Below are positions 40,312-50,327 of a stretch of DNA of 64,000 nt, in pieces. The number at the start of each line of letters is the position of its first letter. Position 1 is the first letter of the stretch. Position numbers and translations under genes: made by a program. Source of the DNA: Syntrophales bacterium (GTDB taxonomy: Bacteria > Desulfobacterota > Syntrophia > Syntrophales > UBA2210); assembly GCA_963662405.2 (NCBI GenBank), contig CAXXKT010000001.1, positions 544,001 to 608,000 of the forward strand, given 5' to 3'. The notes under the pieces were generated by a model that saw only the letters and a list, made by a program, of their open reading frames with translations, had not been told where the DNA came from and searched no databases.

Positions 40312-41994
40312 TCATGATCGTCGACCTGTGACCACAAAGAGAGAAATATCCTCAAATGGTTGGACAGGACCCATGGCGGGGACTTCGACTGTCCTCAACA
40401 TCTCAGCATGAGACTGAAGGGTATATCCCGCCTTCCGAACCCAGTTCTTCTGGTACGCATATTCATCCCACCCGTAGGGTGAATGCGGCGCCGGCGGGAG
40501 GTCTGCGGGAACTTCACCCCACCGTAAAAAAACCAACCGACCGACCCACCACACCCGGTTTCCCCGTTTCAGCGTCTGAAGAATCTCTTCAACGACCGGC
40601 CCGATAGGGTCAACCTGCCTCATTTTATCCTTAAAGATGTCATAGCGATGGAACTGATGGTCGCCCAGATCCGGCAATGTGACCCACCGAGTTGCACCTT
40701 TGTAATAGCGATCAAAGGTAACTCCGTAATAAAACGGAAAGACCACTATGAAATCATCTTTTTCCGCAATCGACCCCAGCTTTGCAGCAATGAGGTCAAT
40801 GTTCGTTTTGCGTTCATGAGCGACATTCCATGAGCCTGCGAAGACAAATGCCGCAACCACGGCGATAGAGACGACTCGCATATACCGACCTATCGTTTTC
40901 TTTTTACAAACCACATCGGTCATCTTATCGACGATGACGGCAAGTACCACCATGAGGGGCAGGTAGTACCAGACCTGCGTCGGGTAAGACAATATCCGAA
41001 TAAACGTTCCGTACGAAACGATACCGACCGACATGGAAACCAGCAGAAAGAGCATCAGATCTGCTCGCTCCCCGGTCCGGCCCCGGGATGATGAAACCAG
41101 CGCCCGGGCAAAAACAAAAACGGCGAAAAGGAGCAAGAAGGACCACAGCACCCACAGAAACAAATCCGAAGGATCGACGGCCTGCCGGAACTTGCTGAGG
41201 ATCTGGGGAATCGATATCGGTTGCTGTATGACAATATTCCATGTCCATGTCTCAACTACGATCACAAAATAGGGCACTACGGACAACGCGGCTATCGCAC
41301 CGACCCCGAGGGGAAAGAGAACGAGTTTCCACCGACGGCGGTACAGGCCGACCGCCGCCCCTCCGACGCACAGCGCAAAGAGCAGAAAGGCATTATGGTA
41401 TAGGCACTGAACACTCAGAACGGCGATCACCAGGCTTGTGAGCATCTTTCGGGGGACCGGATCTTCGATGGCCCGCCACAGGGCGCCCATGGTCAGCAGT
41501 ATGAGGATGACGCCCAGACCGTAGGCTCGCAGTGTATCACCCCACAAGATCGTCGGACAGAGGGCAATAAGGACGAGGGATACCAGGGGAAACCGCACCT
41601 CCAGGTTGCGCCCTACAAGCCATAAGGAACCCGCAATCCCGAGGCCAATGATCAATCCCAGCACCCGCAGGGCAAGGTCCGTCTCTCCGAATCCGAGACT
41701 AATCCACCCCCGGAGGACCAGGAACCAGAGGATGGGGAATCCCTCAAATTGCATCTTGCTCCATACATCTGAAAGGGTAGGGAGCGTGCCGGTGTTGAGT
41801 GTGCCGACTTCATCGCGCCAGAGCCCTCCGGAATGAAGAAGGACGACGACATGCAGGGCCACCACGCCGATCAGTATCACGGCAAAGACGCCGAGTTCTA
41901 CCCACCCGATCGTTTTGTTCCTGTCGGATGGAGATTCTCCGGTCATCGAATCGGCTGACGGTGTAACGTATTGATCAGGCTGGTAAAGTCTCAA
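40312..41994 (-). CDS. GT-C-type membrane glycosyltransferase (paralog 2); start may be ATG 41946
   Basis: Same architecture as 38483-40195 with long identical blocks at a 1829-nt offset. Confidence 0.7.
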   Translation of the reverse strand: MRLYQPDQYVTPSADSMTGESPSDRNKTIGWVELGVFAVILIGVVALHVVVLLHSGGLWRDEVGTLNTGTLPTLSDVWSKMQFEGFPILWFLVLRGWISLGFGETDLALRVLGLIIGLGIAGSLWLVGRNLEVRFPLVSLVLIALCPTILWGDTLRAYGLGVILILLTMGALWRAIEDPVPRKMLTSLVIAVLSVQCLYHNAFLLFALCVGGAAVGLYRRRWKLVLFPLGVGAIAALSVVPYFVIVVETWTWNIVIQQPISIPQILSKFRQAVDPSDLFLWVLWSFLLLFAVFVFARALVSSSRGRTGERADLMLFLLVSMSVGIVSYGTFIRILSYPTQVWYYLPLMVVLAVIVDKMTDVVCKKKTIGRYMRVVSIAVVAAFVFAGSWNVAHERKTNIDLIAAKLGSIAEKDDFIVVFPFYYGVTFDRYYKGATRWVTLPDLGDHQFHRYDIFKDKMRQVDPIGPVVEEILQTLKRGNRVWWVGRLVFLRWGEVPADLPPAPHSPYGWDEYAYQKNWVRKAGYTLQSHAEMLRTVEVPAMGPVQPFEDISLFVVTGRRS

Positions 41995-44232
41995 CTATCT
42001 TCCTTCAATGATTGATTTATATCGTGTGGTGCCCCGGATATCGTCGAGATCGGTATCGGTCCGGATACGATCCCAGTCGTCGAATCCCGCATCGACGGCC
42101 CGCTTCAGCCACTCCGCAGATTCCTCACCTCTCCCCTCACGGGCGTGCGTGCGGGCGATGTCATAGGAGACACGGGCCTCAAGGGCCGGCTCCCGGCGCA
42201 TCACCTCCTCGAAACCGGTGATGGCCCCGGCATACTCACCCATGATGTACAGGGCCAGGGCAAGGTTGTAGCGCGCCTTGTGGTTTCCGGAGTCGATCTC
42301 AAGCGACGCCCGGTACTCCGCCACCGCCTCGTCCATCTTTCCCTGTCGGGATAGGGCAAGACCGAGATTATAGCGGGCACTTCCGTCTTCGGGATCTATC
42401 CGGACCGCTTCCCTGAACTGCCGAACGGCACCCGCCAGATTCCCCAGACGGGAGAGAACAACACCGAAGCTCATCCGAAGTCCTATGCTTTCGTGGGCCG
42501 ATTTCAACACTTCGCCGTAACACCGCGACGCCAGGGAGAGATTTCCCACCCTCACCAAGACTCTCGAGAGGTTGGCGCGCGCCTCGGGATTGTCGGGATC
42601 TATCACGAGCGCCTCCGTGTAGCGATCCGCCGCACCTTCGAGCCCCCCCCGGGTCTCAAGAATACCGCCAATATTGTTGAGCGCCATTGCGTTTTGCGGG
42701 TCCAGCCGGAGGACTTGGCGAAAATGCAGGAAGGCACCATCAATATCTCCCTGCTGTAGCAGGATTACGCCCAGATTGTGGTGGGCCTTCGAAATATCGG
42801 GGTTGATGCGCAGCGCCTCACGATATTGTTCCACGGCCTTCGTTGTATCACCCTGTCGTGCGAACGCATTCCCCAGGTTGACATGCCCTTTCGCAAAACG
42901 GGGCACGATGCGTAATACTTCACGATACTGTTCTATGGCCTTTCCTGTATCCCCCTGCTCATGAAGGGCTATCCCCAGATTATTATGCGCAAGGTAATTA
43001 TGGGTTGTCACATCGAGGGCGTGCCGGAAGAGGGAGATGTTGTCCTTCCAATACCCCGCCTGCACCCACGTCACCGCCATCAGAACCGCCAGGACCGACG
43101 AGCCCGCAACGGCAAGCCCACAACGGGGGAGTCGCCAACGGGAAAAAAACGCCGGGATACCCCACGAAATCATCACGAAGATACCGACCAGCGGCAGGTA
43201 CGTGTACCGGTCGGCCATCGACTGGCTCCCCACCTGTACCAGACCGATCACCGGAACCAGCGTCCCCAGGTACCACAACCACCCCACCGCCAGGTACGGA
43301 TGTCTCTTTATCGCCCTGATCACCAGATATGATATGACCACGAGAAGAACGCCGGCCATGAGACCCTGCACGAGGGAAACCGCCCGCGGATACGGATAGA
43401 AAACCGCCAGCTTGTACGGCCAGATCGTCTTCACCAGGTAGCTTATATAGGAAAGCAGGGCATTGGCCGCACGTGCATCCAGGGGAATCGCATCCAGGGA
43501 ACTGACCGCCCCGCCGCCACGCTGGACGAAAAAGGTCACGACGCTCGACGCCCCGGAGAGGAGAAGGAGCGGAATCTTCTCCCACACCAGACGAAACCAC
43601 TGACCCCTGACGCCTTCCCGCCGGAGACGCCCCAGGGGCCATATGTCCAGCAGCAGGAGAACAAAGGGCAGCGTCACCACCATCGGCTTGGACATCAGAC
43701 CCAGGGCAAAAAAGAGTACAACCGGCAGATACCTGCCGATACCCGGACGCCGCGTATACCGGACGTAGGACCACATCGTCAGGAGCCAGAAAAAGGCGCT
43801 CAGGACATCCTTCCGCTCCGCCACCCATGCCACCGACTCCACGTGCAGAGGGTGAAACGCGAAGAGGGCCGCCACAAAGGCGCTGGACCACAGATCACCC
43901 GTCATCATCCGGAAAACCGCAAACAGGAGAAGGGTGTTGAAAATATGAAAAAGCAGACTGGTCAGGTGGTGCGCACCCGGATGCAGACCGAACAGGTGGC
44001 AGTCCGCCATGTGGGAAAGCCACGTCAGGGGATGCCAGTTGTAAGCCTCCGTGGCGGTGAAGGCGCGGGAGATGTTCTCCATAGCAAGCCCCCCTTGCAC
44101 CCACGGATTCTCGGTGACATATTGCGTATCATCATAGTTGATGAAGTCGTGATTCCATACCTGCCCGTACACGGCGAGGATACCGACCACCAGCACGATG
44201 CAGATGTATAGCTCCACCCGACGGGTTCGCAT
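41995..44232 (-). CDS. TMTC-like GT-C membrane protein with TPR array (copy B)
   Basis: INYDD loop, VESVAWVAERKD, ~8 TPRs, IRTDTDL end. Confidence 0.88.
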   Translation of the reverse strand: MRTRRVELYICIVLVVGILAVYGQVWNHDFINYDDTQYVTENPWVQGGLAMENISRAFTATEAYNWHPLTWLSHMADCHLFGLHPGAHHLTSLLFHIFNTLLLFAVFRMMTGDLWSSAFVAALFAFHPLHVESVAWVAERKDVLSAFFWLLTMWSYVRYTRRPGIGRYLPVVLFFALGLMSKPMVVTLPFVLLLLDIWPLGRLRREGVRGQWFRLVWEKIPLLLLSGASSVVTFFVQRGGGAVSSLDAIPLDARAANALLSYISYLVKTIWPYKLAVFYPYPRAVSLVQGLMAGVLLVVISYLVIRAIKRHPYLAVGWLWYLGTLVPVIGLVQVGSQSMADRYTYLPLVGIFVMISWGIPAFFSRWRLPRCGLAVAGSSVLAVLMAVTWVQAGYWKDNISLFRHALDVTTHNYLAHNNLGIALHEQGDTGKAIEQYREVLRIVPRFAKGHVNLGNAFARQGDTTKAVEQYREALRINPDISKAHHNLGVILLQQGDIDGAFLHFRQVLRLDPQNAMALNNIGGILETRGGLEGAADRYTEALVIDPDNPEARANLSRVLVRVGNLSLASRCYGEVLKSAHESIGLRMSFGVVLSRLGNLAGAVRQFREAVRIDPEDGSARYNLGLALSRQGKMDEAVAEYRASLEIDSGNHKARYNLALALYIMGEYAGAITGFEEVMRREPALEARVSYDIARTHAREGRGEESAEWLKRAVDAGFDDWDRIRTDTDLDDIRGTTRYKSIIEGR

Positions 44233-46757
44233 GGGCGTCTTTCTAGCGTCCCTCCATCAGTAGTTTATACCCTGCCGTATCCCGGACAACGTCGAGGGCG
44301 CCATCGGTCCGGATACGATCCCAGTCTTTGAATCCCGCATCAACGGCCCGCTTTAACCACGCCACCGATTCCGTTCCCCTCCCCGCACGGGCGTGCGCGC
44401 GGGCAATGTCGTAGGAGGCACGAACCTCCAAGGCCGGCTCCCGGAGCATCACCTCCTCAAAACAAACAATGGCTCCGGTATAATCGCCTTCGACGTACAG
44501 GGCCAGGCCGAGGTTGTAGCGCGCCTTGTGATTCTCGGGGTCGATCTCCAGCGATGCACGGTACTCCGCCGCCGCCTCGTCCATCTTCCCCTGCTTGGAG
44601 AGGGCCAAACCGAGGTTGTAGCGCGCACTTCCGTCTTCGGGATTTATCCGGACCGCCTCGCGGAACTGCCGGACCGCCCCCTCCTGATCCCCTAAACGGG
44701 AAAGAACAACACCAAGGGATCCGCGTATTTCACCATTTTCCGGATCTATTCGCAGGGCTGTGGTGTAGTACCGCTTTGCGCCCTCAAGATTGCCTTCCTT
44801 CTTGAGACAGTTCGCCAGCCTGTAATGCGCAGCAGCATGGCCGGGATCGAGCCGCAAGGCTTCACGGTACTGTTCCACGGCCTTCGTTGTATCACCCTGC
44901 CGTGCGAATGCATTCCCCAGGTTGACGAACACCTCCGGGTATGTCGGCCGGATACGCAATGCCTCACGGTACTGGACCGCGGCCTGTTGTGTTTCGCCCC
45001 GCTCATACAGCGCTACTCCGAGATTATTGTGAGCCACGTGGTTATCGGTTGTCACATCGAGGGCGTGCCGGAAGAGGGAGATGTTGTCCTTCCAATACCC
45101 CGCCTGCACCCACGTCACCGCCATCAGAACCGCCAGGACCGACGAGCCCGCAACGGCAAGCCCACAACGGGGGAGTCGCCAACGGGAAAAAAACGCCGGG
45201 ATACCCCACGAAATCATCACGAAGATACCGACCAGCGGCAGGTACGTGTACCGGTCGGCCATCGACTGGCTCCCCACCTGTACCAGACCGATCACCGGAA
45301 CCAGCGTCCCCAGGTACCACAACCACCCCACCGCCAGGTACGGATGTCTCTTTATCGCCCTGATCACCAGATATGATATGACCACGAGAAGAACGCCGGC
45401 CATGAGACCCTGCACGAGGGAAACCGCCCGCGGATACGGATAGAAAACCGCCAGCTTGTACGGCCAGATCGTCTTCACCAGGTAGCTTATATAGGAAAGC
45501 AGGGCATTGGCCGCACGTGCATCCAGGGGAATCGCATCCAGGGAACTGACCGCCCCGCCGCCACGCTGGACGAAAAAGGTCACGACGCTCGACGCCCCGG
45601 AGAGGAGAAGGAGCGGAATCTTCTCCCACACCAGACGAAACCACTGACCCCTGACGCCTTCCCGCCGGAGACGCCCCAGGGGCCATATGTCCAGCAGCAG
45701 GAGAACAAAGGGCAGCGTCACCACCATCGGCTTGGACATCAGACCCAGGGCAAAAAAGAGTACAACCGGCAGATACCTGCCGATACCCGGACGCCGCGTA
45801 TACCGGACGTAGGACCACATCGTCAGGAGCCAGAAAAAGGCGCTCAGGACATCCTTCCGCTCCGCCACCCATGCCACCGACTCCACGTGCAGAGGGTGAA
45901 ACGCGAAGAGGGCCGCCACAAAGGCGCTGGACCACAGATCACCCGTCATCATCCGGAAAACCGCAAACAGGAGAAGGGTGTTGAAAATATGAAAAAGCAG
46001 ACTGGTCAGGTGGTGCGCACCCGGATGCAGACCGAACAGGTGGCAGTCCGCCATGTGGGAAAGCCACGTCAGGGGATGCCAGTTGTAAGCCTCCGTGGCG
46101 GTGAAGGCGCGGGAGATGTTCTCCATAGCAAGCCCCCCTTGCACCCACGGATTCTCGGTGACATATTGCGTATCATCATAGTTGATGAAGTCGTGATTCC
46201 ATACCTGCCCGTACACGGCGAGGATACCGACCACCAGCACGATGCAGATGTATAGCTCCACCCGACGGGTTCGCATGGGCGTCTTTCTAGCGTCCCTCCA
46301 TCAGTAGTTTATACCCTGCCGTATCCCGGACAACGTCGAGGGCGCCATCGGTCCGGATACGATCCCAGTCTTTGAATCCCGCATCAACGGCCCGCTTTAA
46401 CCACGCCACCGATTCCGTTCCCCTCCCCGCACGGGCGTGCGCGCGGGCAATGTCGTAGGAGGCACGAACCTCCAAGGCCGGCTCCCGGAGCATCACCTCC
46501 TCAAAACAAACAATGGCTCCGGTATAATCGCCTTCGACGTACAGGGCCAGGCCGAGGTTGTAGCGCGCCTTGTGATTCTCGGGGTCGATCTCCAGCGATG
46601 CACGGTACTCCGCCGCCGCCTCGTCCATCTTCCCCTGCTTGGAGAGGGCCAAACCGAGGTTATAGCGCGCACTTCCGTCTTCGGGATTTATCCGGACCGC
46701 CTCGCGGAACTGCCGGACCGCCCCCTCCTGATCCCCTAAACGGGAAAGAACAACACC
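43003..46757. repeat. 1711-bp near-perfect direct repeat (43003-44713 and 45047-46757; period 2044) spanning a gene junction
   Basis: Both ends match at offset 2044; identical translations; one synonymous difference seen (44618 G vs 46662 A); 333-bp unique spacer 44714-45046. Confidence 0.92.
44243..46276 (-). CDS. TMTC-like GT-C membrane protein with TPR array (copy C, chimeric)
   Basis: N-terminal ~410 aa identical to copy B; C-terminal ~155 aa identical to copy D. Confidence 0.88.
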   Translation of the reverse strand: MRTRRVELYICIVLVVGILAVYGQVWNHDFINYDDTQYVTENPWVQGGLAMENISRAFTATEAYNWHPLTWLSHMADCHLFGLHPGAHHLTSLLFHIFNTLLLFAVFRMMTGDLWSSAFVAALFAFHPLHVESVAWVAERKDVLSAFFWLLTMWSYVRYTRRPGIGRYLPVVLFFALGLMSKPMVVTLPFVLLLLDIWPLGRLRREGVRGQWFRLVWEKIPLLLLSGASSVVTFFVQRGGGAVSSLDAIPLDARAANALLSYISYLVKTIWPYKLAVFYPYPRAVSLVQGLMAGVLLVVISYLVIRAIKRHPYLAVGWLWYLGTLVPVIGLVQVGSQSMADRYTYLPLVGIFVMISWGIPAFFSRWRLPRCGLAVAGSSVLAVLMAVTWVQAGYWKDNISLFRHALDVTTDNHVAHNNLGVALYERGETQQAAVQYREALRIRPTYPEVFVNLGNAFARQGDTTKAVEQYREALRLDPGHAAAHYRLANCLKKEGNLEGAKRYYTTALRIDPENGEIRGSLGVVLSRLGDQEGAVRQFREAVRINPEDGSARYNLGLALSKQGKMDEAAAEYRASLEIDPENHKARYNLGLALYVEGDYTGAIVCFEEVMLREPALEVRASYDIARAHARAGRGTESVAWLKRAVDAGFKDWDRIRTDGALDVVRDTAGYKLLMEGR

Positions 46758-48815
46758 GAAGTCCATGTGAAGTTCCGTATCTCCGGGGACCGATTTCAGT
46801 ACTGTACCGTAACAGCGCGACGCCAAGGCGGGATCGCGCGCCTTTCCCATAACCCTCGACAGGTTCGTGCGCGCCTCGGGATTGCCGGGGTTTATCACAA
46901 GCGCCTCCGTATAGCGAATCGCCGCGCTTTCAAGATCCCCCCTCATCTCAAGGATACCTCCGAGGTTGTTGCGGGCCTCATCATTTTCAGGATCCAGCCG
47001 AACCGCCTTGCTGAGATATGCGAAGGCGCGATCCGTATCCCCCCGTTGGAGGAGAGCGATCCCCAGCATGTTGTGGGCATTCGCGTTTTGAGGATCTGCC
47101 CGAAGCACCTCACGGTAGTACGACAGCACTTTTTCAGGATTACCCTGTTTTGTGAGAAGATTCGCCAAGCCGGTACGCGAAGGCGTATAGCGGGGATCGA
47201 TCCGCAACGCCTCCCGGTAGGCGGAAATTGCCTTCCGTATCTCTCCCTGCTTTTCGTACACAACTCCCCTGTTATGGTGTACCTTAGCACTGTCCGGGTT
47301 GGAGCGCAGTATGTGGGTATAGATCCGCATGGCCTCATCGTAGCGTCCTCGGGCGCCCAAGGCGTTTCCCAGATTGAGGGCCGCCCGGGGATTCCGAGGG
47401 GCCTTCTTCAGGACATCGGTCCACAGGGTCAGATCATCCTGCCACACCCGATTCCTCAGGTAGGTCGCCGTCCCCAGGGCAGCAACAATGAATACACAGA
47501 TAAAAACGGCGAGGGCGCGCCGCTTCGGGAAAAAGCGGAAGGGAAGCCAGGCGACGAAAAGCGCGAAGCCGAAGAGGGGGAGGTACATCCGGTGCTCGAA
47601 CAGGGCGTCGCTGATGGGGATAATACTCGACTCCACGGAAAGGGTCACAAAAAACCAGAAGAGGGCGAAGGTGAAAAGGGGCGTGGCTTTGCGCTTCCAC
47701 AACGCGAGGACCGCAAGCCCGGCCAAAAAGGCGAAGGCGAGGGGAGTGAGCCCATCGCAGAACCCTGTTTTGAAGGGATAGTAATAATCCAGGTTCTGCC
47801 CCACGGGAAAGATCATCAGACGCAAATAGATCACCAGAACGGTGAACTGGGTGAACAGGTAGCTCCATCGGCTCACCAGCTCCGTCTCCCGCGAAAGACG
47901 GGAGATGTCTTCCAGCATGTCTCCGATCCCTCCCCCGAACAGACCCACGGCGTAGAGGACAAATGCCACGAAGAGGCCGCAGACCGGTATCACCCACAGG
48001 AGCCTTTTCCCCCACTCTCTCCTGGTACCTCCGAAACAGATTACTTCGACCAGGATGACGGCGAGGGGGAGACTGGCCGCGCTCTGCTTGCTCAGAAAAG
48101 CCAGGGTACTGAAGATAAAGGTGAGGGCGAAGAAGAGTGAGGAGTAAGGAGTGAGGGGTGAGGAGTTGGAATCTCTGGATAAAGTTCTCCCCTTAATATA
48201 GAAGAGGACCGCCCCCAGGTAGAAAAAAGCCGCCAGAGAGGTGTAGCGTTGCGCGATATAGGTGACCGCCTGGGTCTGAAGCGGGTGAGCAACAAAAATG
48301 AGGGCCGCGAAGAGGGCTATGAGGTGCATGGGAAGAGATACCGGATCACCTGCCCCGGCCTTTCCTTCACCGATTTCCGTGGAGCCTGGGGGGAAAGCCG
48401 GCCCTTGCCCCGCGGGAACTCTGGCCTGCGGGAACTTCTGTAATCGTGTTCCACCCGGCACAACAGTGAGCCGGCCCAACAAAGCCAATGACAGAAAGTA
48501 GACCATGAAACCGTTCGCGCTGTGGATCAGGATATTGACCACGTGATACCCAAAGACGTCGAGTTCCCCGAGCCGGTAATTGAGGGCGAAGGTGAAATTG
48601 GCAACCGCCCGCGGGCCCAGAAACTTCTTCGGAGAGGAAAAGTTGGCAAGATCCCTGATCTGCATGTTCTCTTGAATAGTGTGCGAGTCGTCAAGTGCGA
48701 AGGGGACATGCAGGCTGTTGCTGTAGACCGCGAAGGAAACGGAGGCGATGATGATCAGGAAGAGAGGGGACAAGCCCTTCCCTTTTACATTAAAAGATTT
48801 CATATCCACACCCAT
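46287..48815 (-). CDS. TMTC-like GT-C membrane protein with long TPR array (copy D, different membrane-domain subtype)
   Basis: FALDD loop, HPLQTQAVTYIAQR, LSKQSA, EHRMYLP, RNRVWQD; ~10 TPRs. Confidence 0.88.
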   Translation of the reverse strand: MGVDMKSFNVKGKGLSPLFLIIIASVSFAVYSNSLHVPFALDDSHTIQENMQIRDLANFSSPKKFLGPRAVANFTFALNYRLGELDVFGYHVVNILIHSANGFMVYFLSLALLGRLTVVPGGTRLQKFPQARVPAGQGPAFPPGSTEIGEGKAGAGDPVSLPMHLIALFAALIFVAHPLQTQAVTYIAQRYTSLAAFFYLGAVLFYIKGRTLSRDSNSSPLTPYSSLFFALTFIFSTLAFLSKQSAASLPLAVILVEVICFGGTRREWGKRLLWVIPVCGLFVAFVLYAVGLFGGGIGDMLEDISRLSRETELVSRWSYLFTQFTVLVIYLRLMIFPVGQNLDYYYPFKTGFCDGLTPLAFAFLAGLAVLALWKRKATPLFTFALFWFFVTLSVESSIIPISDALFEHRMYLPLFGFALFVAWLPFRFFPKRRALAVFICVFIVAALGTATYLRNRVWQDDLTLWTDVLKKAPRNPRAALNLGNALGARGRYDEAMRIYTHILRSNPDSAKVHHNRGVVYEKQGEIRKAISAYREALRIDPRYTPSRTGLANLLTKQGNPEKVLSYYREVLRADPQNANAHNMLGIALLQRGDTDRAFAYLSKAVRLDPENDEARNNLGGILEMRGDLESAAIRYTEALVINPGNPEARTNLSRVMGKARDPALASRCYGTVLKSVPGDTELHMDFGVVLSRLGDQEGAVRQFREAVRINPEDGSARYNLGLALSKQGKMDEAAAEYRASLEIDPENHKARYNLGLALYVEGDYTGAIVCFEEVMLREPALEVRASYDIARAHARAGRGTESVAWLKRAVDAGFKDWDRIRTDGALDVVRDTAGYKLLMEGR

Positions 48816-48893
48816 TCATCATCCTCGACATTTCCGGATCATCGACGAAATCCCGAGGCCCTTGTTCGACCTTTATGCCGTGCGCCCTCAGGG

Positions 48894-49949
48894 CTATAGC
48901 AATCCTCCCGCCTTTGCCTTTTTGATGACGATCATGGAATAGGCGATCTGAAAAAAGAGGTAGGGAATAAAAATCAACACCCTTTTATCCCCATAGATAT
49001 GCACCATCCAACAGGCGCCGAGTCCTTGGATAATACCGACGATAAAGTAAAATACGCTGACCTGCGTATGACTATATCCCAGTCCCACACACAACTGGTA
49101 CAGATGGGTTCGATGTGCGCGCAAGACATTTTCTCTGCGCAGAAAACGCCTGAAAAACGTAAAAACCGTGTCATAAATAAAGTGAAACAACAGGAGGGGC
49201 ATGACAAAGAATGAGGTATGAGAGTGATCATAGAGGGCAGCGATGATGGCCAAAGTGGCAAAGACAAATCCTAAAAACGTGCTCCCGACATCGCCCATGA
49301 AGAGGCTCGCTCTCGGGAAATTGAAGACAAGAAAACCCAGAGCGCCGGCGACGATTACATAACTCAAGATATAGGCGAAGTTGCTTCCCTGCGTCAAGCT
49401 GATGATACCGAAAAATCCCCCGGCGATGACCGCCGTACCCGCGGCAAGCCCGTTGATTCCGTCCATAAAATTATAGGCATTGGTCAATCCGATAATCCAT
49501 AAAAAGGTGATTGCATACTTTGAAAGCCCTAAATACGCCATCCCATCCAGCGGGACGTGAAACTCCGATATCACTACCCCGAAAGCCATAACACAGGTGG
49601 TTGCAATCGCCTGAATACCGAAACGAAAGAAAAGCGAATTTCCTTTGAGATCATCATGGAAAGAAATAATCGAGACCATCAGGGCTGAGGAGACAAAACC
49701 GGCGAAATACAGCTCTCGAATCATGGTGACATCGGCAAGCAGGTATACAGCGAGTATGCCGACAAGAAAGGTCCCCACGATGGCAATTCCGCCGGCCTTG
49801 GGAACCGGAACCGAATGGGAAGAGCGGTCATTCGGGATATCCATAATACGCCATCGGGTGATCAGAGACTTGCATATCCCGTACGAGAGCAGGAACAGGA
49901 AGGCGCCAAAACAAAGATGTATGAGAAAAAAAGAGATCTTCATTATCAC
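48894..49949 (-). CDS. WecA/MraY-family polyprenyl-phosphate HexNAc-1-P transferase
   Basis: DIPNDRSSH..P.PKAGG, NAYNFMDGINGL, FMGDVGS, AHRTHLYQ. Confidence 0.9.
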   Translation of the reverse strand: MIMKISFFLIHLCFGAFLFLLSYGICKSLITRWRIMDIPNDRSSHSVPVPKAGGIAIVGTFLVGILAVYLLADVTMIRELYFAGFVSSALMVSIISFHDDLKGNSLFFRFGIQAIATTCVMAFGVVISEFHVPLDGMAYLGLSKYAITFLWIIGLTNAYNFMDGINGLAAGTAVIAGGFFGIISLTQGSNFAYILSYVIVAGALGFLVFNFPRASLFMGDVGSTFLGFVFATLAIIAALYDHSHTSFFVMPLLLFHFIYDTVFTFFRRFLRRENVLRAHRTHLYQLCVGLGYSHTQVSVFYFIVGIIQGLGACWMVHIYGDKRVLIFIPYLFFQIAYSMIVIKKAKAGGLL

Positions 49950-50112
49950 GTATATTCACAAGTTTTGTCGGAACACCCAACAAGAGAGATGCCAGCCGGT
50001 CATCGAACATCCCGGCTGTGCTTTTTTAGAAGAACACGGCCGTGAACGAAGGCTTCTCGCCACCTCCGGGACAGCGGTCTCCTTTTTATCACGAACATCC
50101 AACGATGAACAT

Positions 50113-50137
50113 AAAAAAAGAGGCCTCGATCGGCCTC
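50113..50137 (-). terminator. Rho-independent terminator between the pglF-like and wecA-like genes
   Basis: GAGGCC-GATCGA-GGCCTC followed by T7 on the minus strand. Confidence 0.65.
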
Positions 50138-50327
50138 CCCATGAGGGGCGAAGCCTTCTTTCTCCCACACCCGTTTCCGACCCGAGGGCCAGCCCGCGGA
50201 TCCGGGAGCGAGGAAATCCGCCCGTGGTTCCACATACGGCCCTCAGCCGTTGGATGATGCGATGAAGGAAACCTCCGGTCCTGAAGTTTTACCCCTGCGA
50301 CATATGCCACCGTGTAAAAGAGGCGTC

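Noticed and set aside
43003..46757. Long direct repeats as IS elements or a composite transposon
   Set aside because: They encode GT-C/TPR sequence; no transposase or terminal inverted repeats
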